NCBI GenBank assembly: GCA_951406725.2
Contig: OX597824.1
Coordinates: 39,928,001-39,992,000 of the forward strand
DNA length: 64,000 nt
From: Octopus vulgaris
Taxonomy: Eukaryota
Reading direction: 5' to 3'
In this document: piece after piece, positions 56,071 through 64,000 of the stretch
How the letters are laid out: the number at the start of each line of letters is the position of its first letter
Numbering within the stretch: the stretch's first letter is position 1
Notes under the pieces: generated by a model
Databases searched by the model: none
Told to the model about the DNA's origin: nothing
What the model saw: only the letters and a program-made list of their open reading frames with translations
Program-made: the position numbers and the translations under genes

Positions 56071-56377
56071 ATTCAAGGATTGAGTAAAATTACTACAGCC
56101 ACTTCATTCAAACTTTGTCACATTGAAGGAAATAAAGCTAGAGTTCCTTATTAAACGATGGGCTAGCAGAATCGTAGAGCGTCGGGAAAATGCATTGAGG
56201 TATTTCCTCAAGCGCTTTATATTTTGAGTTTAAGTCTCGTCGAGGTCAACTTGGCCCTTCTTCCACACGGAGTAGATAAAATAATGTACAAGTCAAGAAC
56301 TGGAATCAATGGCATCAATTGAGCCCTTGCCCTCAGAATTATAAGCATAATACTTAAATCGGAAACCATTAATTGGT

Positions 56378-56750
56378 TATAGTGGTTGTATACTGTCAAC
56401 TCAACGTGACAGTCCCGTAAAGGGAATCACACCACCGCTATTTAGCACTAGGAAGCATCGACGCTTCCTGTCGGCTTTGATACATTTCCTGTGTACTTAT
56501 ATTTGCAAAGGGGAGGTAAGCACCCCCGCCAGCTAGGATTAGCACCTGAAGACAAAAGACCCAGAAACATGCATGTCTTCAGGTTCTAATCCTAGCTGGC
56601 GAGTGTGCTTGCTTCCTCTTTGCAAATATAAGGACACAGGAAATGTGTCAAAGCCGACAGGAAGCGTCGATGCTTCCTAGGGCTAAATAGTGGTGGTGTG
56701 ATTCTCTTTACGGGACTGTTACATTGAGTTGACAGTATACAACCACTATA
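56378..56750. repeat. Near-perfect 373-bp palindrome (~177-bp arms, ~19-nt loop)
   Basis: tatagtggttgtatactgtcaactca ... tgagttgacagtatacaaccactata; about 13 mismatches by eye; 13-bp direct repeat cattaattggtta at 56367-56379 and 56806-56818. Confidence 0.96.
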
Positions 56751-57559
56751 TCGCCCCACCACCGCTCACGTCTCTCTGAGACATTTAGAAATTCAATATT
56801 TCTAACATTAATTGGTTAGGGTATGGAAAGATGCAGAAACAGTGGCGAATCGAAATGTTTTGTAGTATTTAGTTGCAATTCAAACTTAGCCTGGAGAAGT
56901 GATTTTATTTTTTTTAGCCTTACTCACTCCATCACATACACCTAAGAACCAATTAAATACTAAGGTTGTTGAAATTGTCCTTCAGAATTGTTCCGGAGTT
57001 AGATATAGAAATTAAATAATTGAAAGACGGATGAGAGGCAAGCATGATGGGGTGCCAAACTGAATGTTAGGTTCTCACTTTGATGTGATTTCAAGCACAA
57101 TAGAGTACAACACCAAATGTCTTAGCGTCCTTTATTGTTGTGATTTCAAACACAAACGGAGGAGCCCGTACAAGCACGGGAATCTCCACAAGGCCATTCG
57201 AACCGCTGGAAATAGTAGCTAAAGTCGCTCAAATTATGCGCTAAAAACTACTTTCAGAACTTTTAAGGAAAATTCGAGGAAAGAGAAGTTATATTCAGAT
57301 AGGTGACTTGTTCTGAACATCCCCAAGGGCCAGGATTTGGTGTTAAACTGAACGATGGACTAAGTCTGCCATTAAAGAACGGAAACAGTTCTAACTGCCT
57401 CTCTCATAGTACCCTTCTACAAAATTTCACTCAAAATGATTTGGTCAACTCACAGCTAAGATAGACGATTTCTACTCGAACAGTCACGTAGTGAGATCGA
57501 AACCAGAATTGCGTAGTTATTATGTGAATTTCTGGAGTACACAATTATATTTTCATAAA

Positions 57560-57967
57560 GGCGCAGGAGTGGCTGTGTGGTAAGTAGCTTGCTTACGAAC
57601 CACATGGTTCCGGGTTCAGTCCCACTGCGTGGCATCTTGGGCACGTGTCTTCTGCTATAGCCTCGAGCCGACCAATGCCTTGTGAGTGGATTTGGTAGAC
57701 GGAAACTGAAAGAAACATGTCGTATATATGTATATATATATCTATGTGTATGTATATGTTTGTGTGTCTGTGTTTGTCACCCCACCATCGCTTGACAACC
57801 GATGCTGGTGTGTTTACGTCCCCGTAATTTAGCGGTTCGGCAAAAAGAGACCGATAGAATAAGTACTGGGCTTACAAAGAATAAGTCCCGGGGTCGATTT
57901 GCTCGACTAAAGGTGGTGCTCCAGCATGGCCGCAGTCAAAGGACTGAAACAAATAAAAGAGAATAAA
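57560..57967 (+). mobile_element. SINE family A, full length
   Basis: ggcgcaggagtggctgtgtggtaag head (A box), ggttcagtcc (B box), CORE-like segment, TG linker, tail. Confidence 0.95.
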
Positions 57968-60121
57968 GTCTGAATAGAAATAGAAATAGCTTTAACTAAA
58001 TAGCATAAAACGCTACGACCGATTTTCCTACATTTGATTAACCAGTTCAGAGAGTGCATACATATACAAGGTATGACAGGAAACAATCATATTTATTAGT
58101 CTTCATAAACATTTCAACAGCAAAAACCTGATGTAACCTTCCCGAACCATGATACTCGTAGCAAAAAGAACTAAAACATTAACTCCATGAAGACACCATT
58201 GTCGCCTGTCTAACTTAACAATGGCCGTGTAAAATATGGCATGCTTTCTCTGTCGCTTCCCGAAGTTTGATAGATATCCTCCATTTTGTAGCTACAGTGT
58301 TTTACAACATAGAATTAAAACTTCAGACAATGGCGTATCTATTCATTATCAATACGTTCTAGCAAATTCAAACTGAAAATGCTGATATTGTAATTTTTCC
58401 TCATGTGGAGACATCTCCCTTTAGACAATGTGTGTACATAACACACACGATTTACCCGTATAAGGAAACTTGGAGACACCGTGGTGCTTCGACATTATTG
58501 TGTGTCTCCTCAATCAAAAATACCCTGGACGATGCATCTGCGTAGTGCACATGCTCTCGGTTATAAAAATCAACGGATAAATTATTTTCTGATGCGAACT
58601 AATGCCTACTAAGCAGATAATAATTCATAAGATGATGCACGACGGGGATAATTCAAACAATAACGTATCCATTTTCAATTGGTTCTGTCTAACTGGCAGT
58701 GATCATTTATTCACGTTCGAATCTGCCAGAATATATTGAAAAGGAACAGATATGTAAGTACGTTATTGTTTAGATTTTAGTATTCGTTCACTTCATGAAA
58801 TATAAAACTTTATACGAGGAAAGAGATAAGAAGCTAAATAGAAATGAAATTAAAGGCTCCGATTGCGAGCCGAAAACCTGTGTCGAGAACCCACGTTGTT
58901 CAGAGCTTACAACTACACCACGTATCGTCATATTTAATCAGCTACATTATTGTGTATGATAGAAGAGAAATTATAAATAAAACCTTGAATTATGTTTTAA
59001 CAGTTAATCAAAATAAAAACTCGGCGCTTTGGACCAATGGAAAGAATTGAAATAAAAGGAAGAAAATGGTTGTGAGCATTCATAGATGACAATGATTCCT
59101 GATTTACGTTCGATGTAACTACAAAAGAAGTACTATATCTCAGTCTCTCAGAATATATGATCTATCAATTCCCTCAATATTTCAGATCAATGAAGTCCCA
59201 AAAGGTGTCTATTTTTGTCAAACCAAGAGTTTACAAATACAACGGCCATATTGGAATTTATAAAATCAACTAAGAAATGGGGAGGATGTGAATTGTACGT
59301 CTTTGTCTATTCTAGACAAACATATTTGCTATTAAAGCGCACGAAAATACACACACAACACGCACGCACATGCACGTACATGAACCACCACTATTCCATA
59401 CACGAGCAAACCCATAAAGAATATACAGCTGGATGGGTTAGGTGGAGATTTATTTTGTATTGTACGTAGGTGTATAAAAAGATTGACAAACAATTGGCAG
59501 GTCGTCGAAAAATGTTTTATTTGCAATTATTCTTTCAAAATAATTCTGGGAGGAAATAGATAATTTACATTTCGTTTTGTTTTGTTTTGTTTCATTGTCT
59601 ATTTGTTCTATTATAACATTTGTATTTATTTATTTATTTGTTTCTACCGTGAAAATAATGATATGTGCTTGTTCGTTCATTTGTTTTCTTTCCTTTTTTT
59701 TCTGTGTGGAATGGAATAGGAAATTGATTTGTGCGCCATTTTTACGAAACATCGACAAAATGTGTTTAAAAAGAGGTTGAATGACGTCCTTACTTATTAT
59801 ACACGGATATTGCTAATAGTCTTTTGTTATTTATAATTTGTCGTATATCGCTCCCATTTATTATTAAGGTGAAATTGTATTACTTTCAGATTTAACCTAT
59901 ACTGTGCATAATGCGTGTTAGTAAAAACAATTTGTCGATACATTGTTGCTATACAATTTATTTGTGTTTATTCCATTTGCAGTGAGCTTATAGGGCTTTT
60001 ATAGTAATATACTAAATCGGTAAATGTAAAATGGTCTTCATTTTCTAAGGCAAAATGCTAATTGTTGAGTGGGTGGAAGTGTAATTAATTGGATTAACCT
60101 CATGTTATTATGTAGACCGAC

Positions 60122-60335
60122 AGAATGGCAGAAACGTTAGAATATCGGACAAAATGCTTAGCAGCATTTCTCCCAGCGCTTTATGTTCAGAGTTCAAATT
60201 CCACCGAGGTCGATTTTGCGTTTCATTCTTTCGAGTTCGTCAAAATAAGTACCAGTTGAGCGTTAGGTTGATGTTATTGACTAAACCTCTCCCTTAAAAA
60301 TTGCTGGCCTGGAACCTAAATTTGATACAATTATT
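60122..60335 (+). mobile_element. SINE family B, older copy
   Basis: ggcagaaacgttag...gagttcaaattccaccgaggtcga...aaaataagtaccagttgag. Confidence 0.8.
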
Positions 60336-60558
60336 ATATATAATTACGCTTTTGTATCGATGTGTATATATGTAACCGGAAATGGTCCTGATGTTATCCT
60401 CCCACGCTAAGTCAACGTCAACGCAGAAATTCTGAGTAAAAGTGTCCCTACTCTTCCTTATTTCAACCATGAGATGAGAGAAAGAAAATGAGAGAGAGAC
60501 AAGAATCGACCTTAGTATGCTAATGGTATTTTACGCATCGATTAAAAGAAGATAAAAC

Positions 60559-60983
60559 GGCACAGGAGTGGCTGTGTGGTAAGAAGCTTACTTCCCAACC
60601 ACAGAGTTCCGGGTTTAGATTCACTGCGTGGCACCTTGGGCAAGTGTCTTCTACTATAGCCACGGGGCTTCTGAGTGGATTTGGTTGACGGAAACTGAAA
60701 GACGCCCGTCGTATATATATATCTGTATATATATATGTGAGTGTATGTGTGAAGTGTGTGTGTGTGTACTTGTGTGTCTGTGTTTGTCCCCCAATCATCG
60801 CCTGACAACCGATGCTGGTATGTTTACGTCCTCGTAACTAAGCGGTTCGGCAAAAGAGACCGATAGAATAAGTACTAGGCTTACAAGGAATAAGTCCAAA
60901 AGCCGATTTGTTCGACTAAAGGCGGTGCTCCAGCATGGCCGCAGTCAAATGGCTGAAACAAGTAAAAGCATAAAAGAGGATAA
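60559..60983 (+). mobile_element. SINE family A, near full length
   Basis: Same structure as the 57560 copy. Confidence 0.93.
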
Positions 60984-62199
60984 GTCCACCGACATTGGAA
61001 GTATTTTAACTCAGTGCGCAGAGAACGGAACAAAAAAAATTAAAAACATTTTATTTGTAATAAAGTTGCAATGACTAATATAGCTCATCATTCTAGCACC
61101 ATACAATTGTCTCACTTTCAATACAAAAATATCAACCACAGAACTTGCCTAAGAATTACGTTATCAAAGTTTCTGACTATATTTACCAAAATATAAATTT
61201 ATTCTTTCTTCTTTTTTTTTTTTTTTGCTATCAACTGTTAGATAAAAAACCGTATCGATTTCCTGTGCGTCAGATACCAGTCCGTGTTAAATATAAACTG
61301 AATTTTATATCAGCTAAATTCGTTGAACATAAGAGGTTTAAATCTTTTAATTTTAAAAACGTGATAAGAAATATTCAGATATTATCAACACATCGCATGT
61401 TTAAAAGACCTGCCTGTCACAACATTATCAACGGCCCCATAAATCAGATCGTTGGTACTGACAACTTTATTTTGACTCTTGTTATTGGATTAGAAACTAG
61501 ATTATTTTATTTATTCTTGTTGTATGTTGAACGATTTTTCTTGGTTTTATAGCTGCATATATCAAAAACATTTTAACGTTTGTGACGTTCCATAAAACTA
61601 TAGATATTTATGTAGTAATGTTGTCTTGTTAGAGTGTCTGTGTTCATGAAACAACTGTTGATACTTTGACATTGGTTTGGTGCAGTAACCACTGTCAAGG
61701 CGGTGAATTGATATCCATTCTTTTGTTCTGACACTCTGATCACAGATCTAATTCCGTCGAGGAAAACTTTGTCTTTCATCTGTTGGGGAGTCGATAAAAT
61801 ATACCACAACAAAGTATTAGATTCAAGGAACAACAAAAACGTCGAATCGGACACTTTGTGGTATTTCAGATATTTGCGTTCTGAGTTCAAAACCCATCGA
61901 GTCTTATTTAGGCGATATACTTAATCCGTCACCCAGTCTAACATTACCACCTGGCACTGTGGGTACGTTTTATGGAGTCCACTCTGTTGCGAGCATTCAG
62001 ATCAAGTCACTAGTTTGGAGATAACTTCTTCCATCCCTCTCATTCGTCGCTCAAAGGCCCTGTGAACGGCCACACATACTGCATTCCTTCCTGAGTAAAA
62101 GATTAAAATAGACACCTAATTGTCACAGTTCCAGTCCAACAGGCGGTAAATAGGTGCCAGTACGGCTGTGCGACTCAAAACTTCAAACTTTGGAAGCAT

Positions 62200-62400
62200 T
62201 AATTGTTTCCAACACAGGTACGAAGTAAGAAAGTTTATAGGAAAGGACAGATCAATTAGAGTACTAGAATGGTACTTTATTTTACTGACCCTGAAAGGAC
62301 GATAGCAAAAGTTGATATGGGCGGGATTTAAACTCAAAACATAAAAAGCCGTGGAAATTACCGAGAAGCATCTTATCTGTCGCTCTAATAATTATACTAA
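62200..62400 (-). mobile_element. SINE family B, degraded
   Basis: ggtactttattttactgaccctgaaaggacgatagcaaaagttga...ggatttaaactcaaaac. Confidence 0.65.
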
Positions 62401-62555
62401 TCCACAACTCAAATATTACCTAAGAATAGGCGTATATGTAGCTGTGTGGGTAGTAAGTCTGCTTTGTAACCATAGGATTTTAGGTTCGCTTCCACAGCGC
62501 AGCGGCAGCTTGGGCAACTATTATTATTATTATTATTATCATTATTATTATTATT

Positions 62556-63110
62556 GAGTGAGAGAGTAGTGCATGCCATCAGAGTGACACTGGGGTAAAA
62601 TAAACGAAGCCCAGTATACCCATCATGACTACCCGTCTGATAAGGGTACACTAGGCACATGCATCACAACCATATGTGCGCGACATGGTGATCTCACATC
62701 AAGATAAACAGCACATGACCTTGCACGTGGGGACCAGTTAGAATTTTCTTCTGGTCGAGTAACCCATCCCGCTCAAAAGGTCCTTGAATAAGGGTTGTTT
62801 AAGGATGTTGAACGAAATACCCATGTTTCCAAAGGTGAATTAGTCAAATCCCAAAGAATTCGTCTCAACACACGGCTATGATGCTCCCCCACTACTTCTG
62901 CTCATGATTAGAGATGCACATATTGTCAGCCACTAACTGACATGCTCAACTTGTTGTGGTCAAACAACTGACATGCAAATCTATGGTATTGAGCAGAATA
63001 TTTGCTGTAGGCCTTCTTTTATACCAAGTCAAAACAATGTACATGATAACACTTCCAATCAGTTAAGATCAGAAGCCATGAGAGCCACTGTCTGGTACTG
63101 CATCAGGGCA
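62556..63110 (-). mobile_element. 555-bp non-coding retroposon-like element flanked on both sides by (TTA)n
   Basis: Second copy at 52153; no long ORF, no tRNA head, no TIRs seen; (TTA)n at 62517-62555 and 63113-63159. Confidence 0.8.
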
Positions 63111-63159
<49 letters not shown>

Positions 63160-63919
63160 GTCATTTACTTTTAATCTGCATGTTTGATGCAATCACTTGC
63201 CGGGGCACACCCAGCGCCCTAGGGCCAGTGAAGGTTAAGAGTTGTTGAAATATCGCTGAAAGCTTGGGGAGGGGAAGTAGAGAAATATCTCCATGTAATA
63301 CAAACACAAACATTTACATTGATAGGGTTTTTCTAAGGATGTGGGCAGTACTTGTTAGCACAATCTTTTGGATTTCCTTGAGACATGGTTCTCCAGGGAT
63401 ATTGTCTAGGTGTTTCTGACATCCCTTTTTTATCATACCTAGGGCACCTACAATAACAGGAACAGTTTTTGTTTTAAGATTCCACATCTTTTGTATTTCG
63501 ATTTCTAGGTCCTTATATTTACTAAGTTTGTCAAATTCCTTTACAGATACATTTTTATCAGTGGGGACGCTTACCTCTATTAGTCTGCAGGTATTTTCTT
63601 CCCTGTCTTTAACAATTATGTCTGGTCGATTAGCCTTGATCGTTCTGTCAGTGTTGACTGGAAAATCCCAGAGGATGGTGACATCCTTACCTTCAACAAC
63701 TGACTGAGGATGGTGTTCATACCAGTTAGCAGGAGTGTCGAATTTGTAGTATTTACATATCTTCCAATGTATATACTGTCCTACCCTATCGTGACGATTT
63801 TTGTATTCGTTTGGTGTCAGCACAGGACATCCCGAAACGAGATGGTCTATCGTTTCGTCAAATGTGTCGCAGAATCTGCATTTAGGGTCAGTACCGTTTC
63901 GGAGAACGTTAGCCTGGTA

Positions 63920-63922
<3 letters not shown>
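63160..63922 (-). mobile_element. R4/Dong-clade retrotransposon, young 5'-truncated copy with intact RLE domain (ORF end 63314) and 3' UTR
   Basis: ~200 uninterrupted codons: CRFCDTFDETIDHLVSGC (CCHC), YKNRHD, ILWDF, NRPDII, IEVSVP..KLSKY, PVIVGALG; (TAA)n on both sides. Confidence 0.95.
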
Positions 63923-63982
<60 letters not shown>

Positions 63983-64000
63983 CATCATCATCATCATCAT

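Noticed and set aside
61145-61552. 135-aa ORF
   Set aside because: AT-rich, non-ATG start, poly-T tract, no recognisable motif.
63923-64000. N-terminal poly-M/I part of the 228-aa ORF
   Set aside because: Flanking (ATG)n/(ATA)n microsatellite, not part of the retrotransposon protein.

Overview
Repeat-dense, AT-rich eukaryotic nuclear DNA, most likely from an octopus/coleoid cephalopod (a COX1 NUMT carries the cephalopod-type motif MRWEGMLMERLPLFVWS, and the SINEs resemble octopus tRNA-SINEs). Almost every ORF in the supplied track is a microsatellite artefact. No complete recognisable host gene, rRNA, tRNA or CRISPR array is visible. The window is a transposon graveyard: at least four tRNA-derived SINE families (A-D, my labels), RTE, CR1-group, Tx1/L1 and R4/Dong-type LINE fragments, Tc1/mariner, Tigger-like and 6-bp-TSD DNA elements, several fold-back palindromes and many micro/minisatellites. 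Highlights: (1) a SINE-in-NUMT-in-SINE nest; (2) a CR1-group LINE whose 3' end matches the tail of SINE family A; (3) a non-coding 555-bp (TAA)n-embedded retroposon next to a young Dong-like LINE; (4) an internally deleted Tx1 element embedded in (GATA)n; (5) a 373-bp near-perfect hairpin inside a 13-bp direct repeat; (6) a recent 454-bp inverted duplication; (7) two competing, low-confidence spliced gene models on opposite strands at 43.3-50.8 kb. All alignments and translations were done by eye; boundaries of old elements are approximate.
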